IMG/VR virus record: IMGVR_UViG_3300029713_000003 | Coordinates: 17,710 to 81,709 of that record | Source of the DNA: a virus | Lineage: Duplodnaviria; Heunggongvirae; Uroviricota; Caudoviricetes | Reading direction: 5' to 3' (one strand) | DNA: 64,000 nt | In this document: one piece after another, positions 37,900 through 46,674 of the stretch | Layout of the letters: each line of letters begins with the position of its first letter | Numbering within the stretch: the stretch's first letter is position 1 | Made by a program: the position numbers and the translations under genes | Notes under the pieces: generated by a model | The model's input: only the letters and a program-made list of their open reading frames with translations | What the model was told of the DNA's origin: nothing | Databases searched by the model: none

Positions 37900-38215
37900 C
37901 TCCAGTCGTTTAATAGAGTAATAATTAAATACAATATATAGAGTTTACTTTATACTGTTAACTCAATATATCATATTTGTTTATTTACATACTTAAATCA
38001 ATAGACAAATAAATATTTAATCAATATATTGTACAGGTTAGTTTTAGTATTTAGTATCTATTGAAACCTTACTCACATAAATATTAACTATTTATTGTTT
38101 TACTTATCTTATTCAATCTTACTTATCTTACTAAATCAATCTATTGTATTACTCAGTTAAATCAATTTACTATAAGCTGTTGTTATTGTTGTTGTTGATG
38201 TTGCCGTTACACCTA
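37900..38215. repeat. AT-rich block with short direct repeats (TAAATCAAT three times, CTTATCTTA-like, TGTTGTTATTGTTGTTGTTGATGTTG)
   Basis: About 75% AT and devoid of ORFs. Lies between the leftward sigma-type promoter copy and the first leftward gene. Confidence 0.5.
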
Positions 38216-38249
38216 TAATTGGGGCGATTTTTCAAAAAACGTTCCGGGT
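38212..38249 (-). promoter_or_regulatory. Copy 1 (leftward-facing) of bipartite motif ACCCGGAAC-N14-CGCCCCAATTATA; putative promoter for the phage-encoded sigma factor driving the late arm
   Basis: Same two boxes and spacing as the copies at 44123 and 61352; oriented toward the minus-strand genes. Confidence 0.45.
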
Positions 38250-38540
38250 AAAATAAAACTTTTTGAAAAAACTTTTGCAGGACAATATAAGAGTATGTAC
38301 CTCTTTTTTGAGTTTCTACTGGAGGACTCTGGCTGGAGGTAAAGCATAGAACAAACGTAATCCATACACCTGTAATACATAGCACATTACTTGAGCGGTT
38401 TCTGGATTAGAATGCTATATAAGAATAACGATAGTGTCATAACCGCCATAGAAATTGTGTGCGGTTTTGCTTCGATTGGCGTCGAACTCAAAAAGAGAGT
38501 TTCATCTAGTTATATGACAGGCATATGGTTTCTAAAAGTA

Positions 38541-38549
38541 TGCTATACT
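38541..38549 (+). promoter_or_regulatory. Extended -10 promoter candidate TGcTATACT (rightward). A similar TGcTATATA lies at 38413-38421.
   Basis: Matches the TGnTATAAT extended -10 consensus. The same TGCTATAAT type recurs at 56171. Confidence 0.35.
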
Positions 38550-38622
38550 TTTTCAACGTAAAATACAGTTATGTTAAATTGATTTTATTTCTTTTTCGGG
38601 TAAATCGCCGTTTTCGTGTTAC

Positions 38623-39046
38623 CTTGTCAATGTCGAAAGCGACAAGCCGAAAGGCAAGTAGCCGACGATATATCCCCTGCACCTTGACAACCGCATAGCA
38701 GTAGCCCCTGCAACAAAAAAGGGCATGATATGCAACGCATAGCAAGTTTGTACTATGCTTGTTGTGTTAAGTGGCTGATGTTCAAATAGAGCAAATGACG
38801 CCCACAATGGCTACACCCTTGACAGGGCAACCCGTCTAAATCGCGGGGATAAGTGTAGAGCTTTGCAGACGCAACGAACCATAGGCAAATACTACCTTGT
38901 GTTATGTATCAAGTGGGCATTGCGTAGAACCTTGTTCCCCTTTGGGGAAAGTGGGTATTACTGTGTGGCTATATGCCACTGTGATAAAGCTAAAACAATG
39001 CGGCAGTATACCCTACGCCCACACTGTCAAAGTAGGTCTTGACAGC
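38623..39046. promoter_or_regulatory. Operator-like inverted repeats containing TTGACA half-sites (CTTGTC-N12-GACAAG near 38623; CTGTCAA-N8-TTGACAG near 39023), plus extra CCTTGACA copies at about 38681 and 38816
   Basis: Seen directly in the divergent leader upstream of the first rightward gene. Confidence 0.35.
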
Positions 39047-39110
39047 CTTGCATAGGTTTTCAGAATTTGACATTAGAACAAAAATTCGACTGTGAAAGGA
39101 AGAAAACATT

Positions 39111-39968
39111 ATGAAGTATATTGCTATCAAGAACACTGAACTGGACGCTATGTTTGATAAGGTCTCCACTGCAAGCCGCGAATTTGCCAAAGCGGCAAGC
39201 GTCAAGGTTTCTGACGAAAAGAAAGAAACTCTGACCATGACAAAGAAGAAATATCAAGCCGCTATCAATACGGCGGCTATTGCATACTGGATTGACTCCG
39301 CTGAACATGGTGACGGCATGAAAAACATGTTGGCGGATGCTCAGCGTCCAGAGATTAAAGGCACAAAAACGTTGTCTTTGTTGGATTCGCCTATCAAAGG
39401 CTATCGGTTCATCAAAGAATTTATTTCTTGTGAACTGACGGCTGAACAGGCGAAAAAACGTGAAGCCTGCGAACCGTCTACCGACTGGGAACAGCTGGTA
39501 GAAATCGCAAGGAAATACTGTGTCGGTTTCGTCAGTATGACGGAACTGTCTGAAGAAAAGGCAAAAGATTATGTGTCTGACTTTGAAAATACATGGAAAA
39601 GCAAGCGTTCTGATGTGACGGCTTGCAAGATGGAAGAAGGCGAAAAAACATTCTCAAAGCGCGGATGCAAGCGCGTTTTGCAGGACATGTTCAACGCTAT
39701 CATCGTCAATCATGACGGAATGGCGTTGAAAACGGAACATGTTGAATCTGTTCTTGCTAAAATTAGCAAGGCAGAAGGCGCAGTGTCTGCCTATGTGGAT
39801 ACCCCCGAAAAGTTCCTTGAAGCCTGCTTGCCTGCATTGCGGGCTTATGTTACCGGTGAAGGTATCAAGCAGCGTATCAACAAGCTGTCCAAGGAAGAAA
39901 AAAAGGCAAAAGAACAGGAACTGCCTGTCACCGAAAAGCCTTCTAAAAATAATAAAACCACCAAGTGA
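39111..39968 (+). CDS. Hypothetical protein, 285 aa (first gene of the rightward early operon)
   Basis: RBS AAGGAAG; long ORF; Lys/Glu-rich C-terminus. Confidence 0.55.
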   Translation: MKYIAIKNTELDAMFDKVSTASREFAKAASVKVSDEKKETLTMTKKKYQAAINTAAIAYWIDSAEHGDGMKNMLADAQRPEIKGTKTLSLLDSPIKGYRFIKEFISCELTAEQAKKREACEPSTDWEQLVEIARKYCVGFVSMTELSEEKAKDYVSDFENTWKSKRSDVTACKMEEGEKTFSKRGCKRVLQDMFNAIIVNHDGMALKTEHVESVLAKISKAEGAVSAYVDTPEKFLEACLPALRAYVTGEGIKQRINKLSKEEKKAKEQELPVTEKPSKNNKTTK

Positions 39969-39974
39969 CACAAA

Positions 39975-39995
39975 GACAACCTGTGCAAGGTTGTC
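39975..39995 (+). other. Perfect 8-bp hairpin GACAACCT-gtgca-AGGTTGTC immediately after the stop of the 39111 gene (no U-tract)
   Basis: Seen in sequence. Confidence 0.4.
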
Positions 39996-40087
39996 AAGAC
40001 TTACTTTGACACCACTTCACGCAAAGAAGATTGACTCTTTGGCTATGAAAAGTCAGTTTGTCTGATGGGTGAACCTGTGCAGGCGTT

Positions 40088-40161
40088 CGACGTTCGGTGA
40101 ACGTGAACTTTAGCTTGGGGAAGTGTCTGCACTCCAAGAATACGACGTTCGGTGAACGTGT
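40088..40161. promoter_or_regulatory. Two direct copies (40088-40105 and 40144-40161) of the 18-bp element CGACGTTCGGTGAACGTG, each containing the palindrome ACGTTC-ggt-GAACGT; putative repressor operators
   Basis: Exact 18-bp repeat spaced 56 bp apart, upstream of the gene at 40259. Confidence 0.5.
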
Positions 40162-40258
40162 ATTCTCAAATCGACCAGCTTGACCAAGTAGTTAAATAAA
40201 ATCTGATTTGCAACCAAAGTGTCCATATCAGCGCCCGAATAAGAAAGGGTGTTAGTAT

Positions 40259-40567
40259 ATGAAAAATTGGAAGCGTAATAAAAAGTGGATGCGTCGTCTC
40301 TGGAATGCGATGGCGTATTATGAAACGCAAAACATATTTGCTGGGATGGAGTGTTACTTCACTCCAGCGAAAAAGCCAATAAGCGGAAAATCTGCACGTC
40401 GGCTAGTAGGATCCATGTATCGCAGACTGGACGCCTATGAAGGCGGCTGGCTTTTCTGCGAGCGTCCGAAATTCTGCAAGGGTACGCGGTATATTATCCT
40501 TGCAGAAAACGAAGATGGGCAGCCCGAAAAGTTGCGCATCTGTAAAGCGCAGGATAATTATTTCTAA
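40259..40567 (+). CDS. Hypothetical basic protein, 102 aa
   Basis: ORF downstream of the operator pair. Confidence 0.45.
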   Translation: MKNWKRNKKWMRRLWNAMAYYETQNIFAGMECYFTPAKKPISGKSARRLVGSMYRRLDAYEGGWLFCERPKFCKGTRYIILAENEDGQPEKLRICKAQDNYF

Positions 40568-40569
40568 AA

Positions 40570-41043
40570 ATAAATGTGACGGGCGTTGATATGGGCGCTT
40601 TGGTGAAGTGGTAACAGGTGTGGAATTGCCCACGCCCCATCCAGTACGCATACGAAATGCGGAAATTTGGGGCAAAACTGCGTAGCACCTAACGCGCACA
40701 GTACGGGAGTGACAGTCCCTTGTGACAGGCTGTGCGTGAGTCGAACTTTGGGTCGATGGAATAGACGGTTCCATAGGCACACGTCTATACAAAGATACCG
40801 GACATTTGCCGGCGTTATGCGCGGAATTTGTGCAGACGCGACAGGTCTATACGGCGGTTTCTGCGTCTTTCGGGAGTCGTCCCGTTTGGCGTGCAAGTAT
40901 ACGAGAGCCTATCTTCCGTCTGTGGTGACGGGCAAACTGTACAATGCGGAATTTCTGTGTTGTGCGGTTATGCCTGTCCATATAAGGGCGCGGAAAATCT
41001 GTGCCTTTATATGGGCAGACTATGCCCTAGGAGGTGAAAATCT
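40570..41043. repeat. Iteron-like repeat field: at least 5 copies of GCGGAAWWTYTGTG (about 40659, 40821, 40946, 40990, 41031) plus repeated ATATGGGC / CCATATAAGGGCG motifs; candidate replication origin or regulator-binding array
   Basis: 474 nt without a credible ORF. Repeats are irregularly spaced at 162, 125, 44 and 41 nt. Confidence 0.45.
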
Positions 41044-41352
41044 GTGATTTCTACGAATGTGGAGGCGTTAGCGGACATGCAGCGCCTCCAGCCGGGAACC
41101 CTTGGGCGCATTCTGTTCTGGGAACAGGGGCACTTTGGGGAAACGGCAGGCATTACCGTAACCGTTCGGACATATGACACGTCGGAAGAAGTGGACGTGT
41201 ACTATGCAGGCGGCGGAATTATCGGTATGCTCTGCAATAATACGGGCAGTCTGTCTAATTTTTGTGTGGACGATATGGATTTTCGTTCACTCAAAAATGC
41301 GGAGATTTTGCCCGAAATGTACAGGAGGTGTTTGCATGAGCAAACGGCTTGA
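41044..41352 (+). CDS. Hypothetical protein, 102 aa (GTG start)
   Basis: RBS GGAGGTG followed by GTG. Confidence 0.45.
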   Translation: MISTNVEALADMQRLQPGTLGRILFWEQGHFGETAGITVTVRTYDTSEEVDVYYAGGGIIGMLCNNTGSLSNFCVDDMDFRSLKNAEILPEMYRRCLHEQTA

Positions 41353-41557
41353 CCTGTACGACCCATATGTCATCCGCAAGTCTACCCATCCGGCAGATGT
41401 GCGGCGATATGCAGTGATAGACATGAAGAAAATCCGTCCTGTCTATATCTGCAATGGGTATGGAGGGGCGGAACTCTACATGCGCTCATTGGGCGACCCT
41501 GTGCGCTATATGGTGACGGCGTACAATGGGCGCAGACCGAACGGCGTGCAGGCTTAA
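41336..41557 (+). CDS. Hypothetical small protein, 73 aa
   Basis: RBS GGAGGTG-N6-ATG at an internal Met of the track ORF. Confidence 0.45.
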   Translation: MSKRLDLYDPYVIRKSTHPADVRRYAVIDMKKIRPVYICNGYGGAELYMRSLGDPVRYMVTAYNGRRPNGVQA

Positions 41558-41629
41558 TCTGTGCGGTTTGGAAAGAGGTTGTTTCTGTTGAAATAACCTC
41601 TTATTTTTGTACGAAAAATGGAGGCTTAT

Positions 41630-41914
41630 ATGGAAAAATTCTATCTTCGACCTGTCGATGGGCGCAAATCCTTCTATCAAAAGGCGGTTGTACTGGAAGA
41701 AGGCAACCGTCTGATTCTCCGTTCCTACAATACGGACGTTGCAGAGTTTGACCGCACGACCGGAAAAATCAAGCGGCTTTGGTCGGGCTATTCGGCAACG
41801 ACTATGCGTCACATCAACGCATTTGTACATCATTGCGGACTTGCATGTGTTGGCGGGAAAAAATGGTGGGATTCTCTCTCGTGTGGAAAGGAGGAATATG
41901 TATGCGGAGAATGA
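41630..41914 (+). CDS. Hypothetical protein, about 94 aa
   Basis: RBS GGAGG then ATG. Confidence 0.45.
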   Translation: MEKFYLRPVDGRKSFYQKAVVLEEGNRLILRSYNTDVAEFDRTTGKIKRLWSGYSATTMRHINAFVHHCGLACVGGKKWWDSLSCGKEEYVCGE

Positions 41915-42084
41915 TTGCGATTTTGATGTCATTCATATTCTCTTTGGTTGCCATGTTTGCGTTTGGAATGTGGACAATGTGGAGCTGGATCAACCCGGAT
42001 CATATGGAGGTGTGGGACGATGGCACATTCTACTATGTGCAAACCGCAGATGGAAACGTCTGGCTGTACGATATGGAGGAATGA
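41902..42084 (+). CDS. Small membrane protein, 60 aa
   Basis: RBS AGGAGG; hydrophobic MRRMIAILMSFIFSLVAMFAFGMW. Confidence 0.45.
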   Translation: MRRMIAILMSFIFSLVAMFAFGMWTMWSWINPDHMEVWDDGTFYYVQTADGNVWLYDMEE

Positions 42085-42087
42085 AGA

Positions 42088-42324
42088 ATGAGACCGGAAT
42101 TTATTATCTGGGCAGGCGACGTGCTGGCAACCCTGTTTAGACTTGGCATTGCTGGAGGCGTACTGATTCTTGTGTTCGCGTTCGTAGGCTGTGGATTTTG
42201 CGATGATGCGGACAATGCGGCGTTTGCCAAGGCTTGCGAATTGGCGAAGGCACAGCCTCAGATTCGCAGGCGGAAGAAAGTCGTCAGGAATGTGAGGCGG
42301 GAAAACCATGCAGGATTGCTATAA
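42088..42324 (+). CDS. Small membrane protein, 78 aa
   Basis: RBS; one transmembrane segment. Confidence 0.45.
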   Translation: MRPEFIIWAGDVLATLFRLGIAGGVLILVFAFVGCGFCDDADNAAFAKACELAKAQPQIRRRKKVVRNVRRENHAGLL

Positions 42325-42502
42325 AACCATTGGCAAACATCTGTTCATTGCTTACCCACTGTATGCGGAAACCTATAATCCGATCATCATTCTTGCCAAC
42401 ACGCAAAAAGAAGCAGAAACCATCGCTTCTGAGCATTGGCGTGACCGGAAATTATTGGTGCGCCGTGCGCAACAGTTGGAGAATGCGCAGGTATATGAAT
42501 GA
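42308..42502 (+). CDS. Hypothetical small protein, 64 aa
   Basis: ORF with overlapping start. Confidence 0.4.
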   Translation: MQDCYKTIGKHLFIAYPLYAETYNPIIILANTQKEAETIASEHWRDRKLLVRRAQQLENAQVYE

Positions 42503-42517
42503 GAAAGGAGAGATGAT

Positions 42518-42766
42518 ATGAGTCTGTTTGAGCGTGAAACTTTCTGTGAAATCCAGAAATCTGGCAAGACCATCACCGTGTCTTGTTTTGAGAAGCGTTA
42601 TAACTATCGTGGCGAGGCGTACTATGCGCGGTTCAATGGCATTCAGTCCAAACAGCGCAAGCGTGTGCTTGATTGGGCAGATAGTATGCCAATGGATATT
42701 CGGAAATCTGTGTGGAGTTTCTTCGGAGTGGGAGGTCGGCAGTATGGCAAAGTGGCAGAGTTATAA
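42518..42766 (+). CDS. Hypothetical small protein, 82 aa
   Basis: RBS AAAGGAGAG. Confidence 0.45.
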   Translation: MSLFERETFCEIQKSGKTITVSCFEKRYNYRGEAYYARFNGIQSKQRKRVLDWADSMPMDIRKSVWSFFGVGGRQYGKVAEL

Positions 42767-43139
42767 GCGGTTTCGTATCGTCGATACGATCAGCCGTGAG
42801 TACGTGGATACCATCGACGCGACGAACGGGAAGGTTGCTATGCAAAAATTCCGTCACCGCATGATGAACACCGGCATTTATGAGATTCGCAAGATGGGCA
42901 ATGAATGGCACATGCTGTCCTCCTATGGGTCTCACTTCAAAACCGAACTGGTGTGCGGTATCAGCGGTAAAGTCGTACAAAAAATCGAAAAACGGAACGG
43001 ATGTATGGTTGTCAATGGCATCTGTGGAGAAGCCAGCTTTGTTGGCGCAAATGCGAAGGTCGCAAAGGAACAATATATTCGTATGTGCATTGACGATGCG
43101 CTTCGGCACCTCCCGGAATGTCTTAGAGGAAGAATTTAA
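42744..43139 (+). CDS. Hypothetical protein, 131 aa
   Basis: RBS GGGAGG at an internal Met of the track ORF 42528..43139. Confidence 0.45.
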   Translation: MAKWQSYKRFRIVDTISREYVDTIDATNGKVAMQKFRHRMMNTGIYEIRKMGNEWHMLSSYGSHFKTELVCGISGKVVQKIEKRNGCMVVNGICGEASFVGANAKVAKEQYIRMCIDDALRHLPECLRGRI

Positions 43140-43210
43140 GCGATGAAGGCGCATAATATTTCTGCCTGTCGGTTTGAAAATGGTGACATTTGGAAAGTTA
43201 GGTATTCGAT

Positions 43211-44080
43211 ATGTATACAACTTCAAAGAAGTGGGAAAGTTTTGAACCTCAAAAACTTCCCGGCGTTGAAATCTATGGGGCAAAAGAAATTGCACAGGTT
43301 TTTGGAATCGGTTTATCAACGGTTACTCTCTGCATGACTAACAAAAACTCTTACAATAAAATTCTTGTACAAAAGGTTAGAAAATTTGCAAAGGAAGTTG
43401 GATATAAACAGAAAAATGCAAAGTATTGGGAGAATTTTGAACCTCAAAAACTTCCGGGCGTAGAGGTCTATACTGCTGCGGATATTGCGAAAATTTTTGG
43501 AATTTCTGAGGGTTATGTTTGGAATATTATGGGAGGAATCAAAACTTGTTCCGCTCCTCTTCGGGAAAAGGTTTTACAATTTGCACAATCAGTTGGTTAT
43601 GATGGCAAAACATCTTGCTGCACACGAGGTGCAAAGCTGCGTGGGTTTTCTTCTATGGAGCAACGCGATGAGCATCTTAGAAAGTTACGTGAAATGGGAT
43701 ACTCAAATGCAGAAATTGCCAAACTCTCTGGATATGGATATGAACACATATGTGAATTGCTTGGCCCTCAGCCAAAAGAGATCACGCAGAAATCTAGGGC
43801 TCGCGCTGGGAAAATCCGCTCCATGAAAGCGCAAGACCGCAAAGAAGCATCTGCTGAAATAAAGCGCAAACAGGAGATTGCGGAAGCTAACGTCAAGGTC
43901 GAAGAATACCATGCGGCGCTGGATAAGTTAACCGCTCTTGATGAAGAACTTGCACAGCTCAAGATGAAGTATCTTTCTGCCAAGGCGGAAACTAAGAAGC
44001 TCCGTAAGGCAATCCCGAAATGCGCAACCGTACCCATTCGGGAGCTTACTCAGCAAATTCCAATGGGAATTGAACATTAA
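43211..44080 (+). CDS. Putative DNA-binding regulator with two tandem duplicated HTH-like modules, a third HTH-like segment and a C-terminal coiled coil; 289 aa
   Basis: Internal ~60-aa direct repeat WE(S/N)FEPQKLPGVE(I/V)Y...I(A)(Q/K)(V/I)FGI..., also visible as a DNA repeat at 43229-43290 and 43421-43480. Confidence 0.45.
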   Translation: MYTTSKKWESFEPQKLPGVEIYGAKEIAQVFGIGLSTVTLCMTNKNSYNKILVQKVRKFAKEVGYKQKNAKYWENFEPQKLPGVEVYTAADIAKIFGISEGYVWNIMGGIKTCSAPLREKVLQFAQSVGYDGKTSCCTRGAKLRGFSSMEQRDEHLRKLREMGYSNAEIAKLSGYGYEHICELLGPQPKEITQKSRARAGKIRSMKAQDRKEASAEIKRKQEIAEANVKVEEYHAALDKLTALDEELAQLKMKYLSAKAETKKLRKAIPKCATVPIRELTQQIPMGIEH

Positions 44081-44122
44081 ACACAGGGAGCCGGAATTTC
44101 TGGCTCTCTCTTTTAGTGCTCG

Positions 44123-44160
44123 ACCCGGAACAAATCGGCACTATATCGCCCCAATTAAAA
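44123..44160 (+). promoter_or_regulatory. Copy 2 of bipartite motif ACCCGGAAC-N15-CGCCCCAATTAAAA, about 20 nt upstream of the gene at 44180
   Basis: Seen in sequence. Confidence 0.45.
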
Positions 44161-44179
44161 CCGAAAAGGAGGAATTGTC

Positions 44180-44428
44180 ATGAAAGTATGTGACGAAGGG
44201 GTTCGCAATCTGGCTTGCGGAGTGTGCGCCAAAGCGGTGGAGGATTATGTCCGGCTGAAAAAGCGGATCCGCAAAGCAGAACATGCTAAACCGGATGAGC
44301 TGTTCCGCTATCGGCAGGTAAAAGAATTTATTCGCAGTCAGACCTTCACGGAGTATTCCGGTGGTCTGGATGGGCGCAAGGTTATTGCGGAGTTGGATAG
44401 GAGGCATGGCAAACATGCGGCACAGTGA
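44180..44428 (+). CDS. Hypothetical protein, 82 aa
   Basis: RBS AAAGGAGGAATTGTC-ATG. Confidence 0.5.
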   Translation: MKVCDEGVRNLACGVCAKAVEDYVRLKKRIRKAEHAKPDELFRYRQVKEFIRSQTFTEYSGGLDGRKVIAELDRRHGKHAAQ

Positions 44429-44606
44429 CCGAACCATGCGTCTCATTCGCAAGATGGAGGAGCGCGGCTATCACTATGACGAGCTGGAATCTCATTCTGG
44501 CTGGTGGCATTTCTTCGGTGCGTACAGCACCATGGCATTCCAGACATGGAAAGAAGTAGAGGCATGGTTGAAAGAAACGGAGGATTTGTATGGAGCAGAA
44601 AGTTGA
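44406..44606 (+). CDS. Hypothetical protein, about 66 aa
   Basis: RBS GGATAGGAGG-ATG. Confidence 0.4.
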   Translation: MANMRHSDRTMRLIRKMEERGYHYDELESHSGWWHFFGAYSTMAFQTWKEVEAWLKETEDLYGAES

Positions 44607-45504
44607 CATTTATCAGGAGATCACCAATCGCGTAATTGCTGCGCTGGAAAACGGAACCGTTCCGTGGCAGCAGCCTTGGGTTTCTGTCAACGGCATAGGC
44701 GCATATAACCGCGTCAGCAGAAAGCCCTATTCTCTGCTCAACCAGATTATTCTCGGTCAGCCGGGTGAATGGGCGTCCTTCAAACAGTGGCAAGCGGCAG
44801 GTGCTCATGTCAAGAAGGGAGAGAAATCCTCGCTCAATGTGTGGTGGAGTGTCTTGACCTTTCCGAAGAAGGATGATTCCGGCAATGTGGAACGGGATGG
44901 GAACGGCAGTCCCGTTATGGTATCCGTCCCGAAACTCAAGTGGAATCGCGTGTTCCATATCTCGCAGGTGGAGAAAAATGAGGGCGGCGTTATGGAACCC
45001 GTCATTCAACCGGAACCCTTGCCCAATGGCGTGAAGCCTGTGGAGCTGGCAGATAAAACGTTTCTGGAATATCTGGACAGGGAGCATATCCGTTTGGAAG
45101 AAGGCGGCGACCGCGCCTGCTATTCTCCATCGTTTGACCGCATCTGTCTGCCGGAACGCGCTCAGTTCAAGAGTACGGCAGAGTATTATTCCACCGCATT
45201 CCATGAGGCGGTTCATTCCACCGGGCATAAGTCACGGCTGAACCGGATTGAAAAAGACGCGCATTTTGGAAACACGGAATACAGCAAGGAAGAACTCTGT
45301 GCGGAAATGGGCAGCGCTATGATTCTTCATACGCTGGGTGTGGATACAGAATCCAGCTTTGCCAACACGGCGGCATATATCAAAAGCTGGCTCAGGGTTC
45401 TTAAGGGTGACAATAAATTTGTCGTCGGCGCGGCATCCCGTGCGGAAAAAGCCGCAAAGTTCATTCTCAATATTGAGGAAAAAAGGAGCGTTGAAAATGC
45501 GTGA
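44590..45504 (+). CDS. ardC: ArdC-like antirestriction protein (N-terminal ssDNA-binding domain plus C-terminal HExxH zincin-like domain)
   Basis: N-terminus DIYQEITNRVIAALENGTVPWQQPW matches the ArdC-N signature. C-terminal FHEAVHSTGH is an HEXXH motif. Confidence 0.65.
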   Translation: MEQKVDIYQEITNRVIAALENGTVPWQQPWVSVNGIGAYNRVSRKPYSLLNQIILGQPGEWASFKQWQAAGAHVKKGEKSSLNVWWSVLTFPKKDDSGNVERDGNGSPVMVSVPKLKWNRVFHISQVEKNEGGVMEPVIQPEPLPNGVKPVELADKTFLEYLDREHIRLEEGGDRACYSPSFDRICLPERAQFKSTAEYYSTAFHEAVHSTGHKSRLNRIEKDAHFGNTEYSKEELCAEMGSAMILHTLGVDTESSFANTAAYIKSWLRVLKGDNKFVVGAASRAEKAAKFILNIEEKRSVENA

Positions 45505-45754
45505 AGAGCTTGAGCTTTCGTCGGAACAGTGCGCTCGTATCGACGAGATTGACGCCAAGGTGTATGAACTGTGCAAACTTCTTACGGAGGATTGCAATTT
45601 GCCGTGGGATATGGAACTGATTGGGCCTATCGCCGATTATGCGTCGGAATGGCTGACAAAATGCGGCAAGCGCGTTCGTTTTCCCGCTATCGTGTGGGAC
45701 GATCAGGGTGAGGAAAGTTGTATCGAGGAATATGTTGGGGAGGGTCAGCCGTGA
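45497..45754 (+). CDS. Hypothetical acidic protein, 85 aa
   Basis: RBS AAAAGGAG; ATG lies inside the track ORF 45338..45754. Confidence 0.45.
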   Translation: MREELELSSEQCARIDEIDAKVYELCKLLTEDCNLPWDMELIGPIADYASEWLTKCGKRVRFPAIVWDDQGEESCIEEYVGEGQP

Positions 45755-46125
45755 ATACGAAGGTTGTTGTGGAAATTAAGCAGGGCGCAACACGTTTGGA
45801 GGAACTGTTTTATTTCAACGCCTATATCCTCCAGCCTGTCTTTGAGGCGGTCAAGCAGAACACTGTTTCTTACGAATCCGATTTGGCGTATGACATTTTG
45901 AATATCTATCAGTGTTTGGAAAAAATGAGCATTCAGGATTTCAAAAATCAGGAGGTGCAAATCTATCGTCTTGGCGTTCGCAAATGTGGAACGGACAGTG
46001 AATCTATTATGAAAATTCGCGGAGATTCGCTTGCTTATATTGGCGGCGTGTTTGTTCTTACTGGTTACTGGGATGAGGAACAGAACACTTTTACACTCCG
46101 TTTGCGCAAAGAAAAGGATGGTTGA
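45751..46125 (+). CDS. Hypothetical protein, about 124 aa (GTG start)
   Basis: RBS GGGGAGGG-N6-GTG. Confidence 0.4.
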   Translation: MNTKVVVEIKQGATRLEELFYFNAYILQPVFEAVKQNTVSYESDLAYDILNIYQCLEKMSIQDFKNQEVQIYRLGVRKCGTDSESIMKIRGDSLAYIGGVFVLTGYWDEEQNTFTLRLRKEKDG

Positions 46126-46129
46126 TGAT

Positions 46130-46660
46130 ATGTTTATCTACACAGATGATATCTGGACTCGTTTCGGCACTCTTGATTACACCAAGAGCATTATGGAAGA
46201 GCTGGAAGATCATAAGAAGAAAGCGTCTGAGTTCACAGACGAAGAAGCCTATGAGTTTGCGGACAATGAGGCTCTCGGCGATTGGGAATATCTGATGGAG
46301 TGCGTTCGGGAGCTGGATGCAAAGTTGCCGTCTTATTGGATTGCAAAAGGGGATCTTGGGTTATGGAATGTTCATCATGCTGGCGGCAAGATATTTGACC
46401 GATTGTATACGGCAATCACGGAAATGACGCTCGGAATGGATTCTGTCACCATTAACGAGGACAGGCGTGGGAATGTGACGGTGAAGTGTACGTATCACGA
46501 TAGCGTGTATACATCCAAAATTCGCCGTTTGAATAAGAGAGGTTCCTATACTTATGAGCACAGTTCCGTTTCTAAAGACCTGCGAACAAAGATTGAGCGT
46601 TTGTTCAAACCAACATACAGCAACAGCGCTCGTCTTGCAGAAGCTATCGGTTGGTGGTAA
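46130..46660 (+). CDS. Paralog A of a tandemly duplicated gene pair (about 176 aa)
   Basis: Shares MxIYT(D/N)xxW ... WNVHHAGGKIF ... RRLN ... Y.EHSSV ... R..E.L.KP.YS.(S/N)ARL..A.GW with the next gene. Confidence 0.5.
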   Translation: MFIYTDDIWTRFGTLDYTKSIMEELEDHKKKASEFTDEEAYEFADNEALGDWEYLMECVRELDAKLPSYWIAKGDLGLWNVHHAGGKIFDRLYTAITEMTLGMDSVTINEDRRGNVTVKCTYHDSVYTSKIRRLNKRGSYTYEHSSVSKDLRTKIERLFKPTYSNSARLAEAIGWW

Positions 46661-46674
46661 GGAGGGTTGACAAT

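Noticed and set aside
38170-38807. Small minus-strand ORFs (71 and 62 aa) in the control region
   Set aside because: They include an Asn-repeat translation of the TGTTGTTATTG repeat and have no RBS. Non-coding regulatory DNA is more likely.
40570-41043. Possible CRISPR array, given the short direct repeats
   Set aside because: Repeat spacing is irregular (162, 125, 44, 41 nt), repeats are only about 14 nt and imperfect, and there are no cas genes. Iterons or a binding-site array fit better.
40667-41047. 126-aa plus-strand ORF (and minus-strand ORFs 40403..40896) across the iteron field
   Set aside because: There is no RBS, the composition is Cys/Arg-rich from GC-rich repeats, and they overlap repeated motifs.
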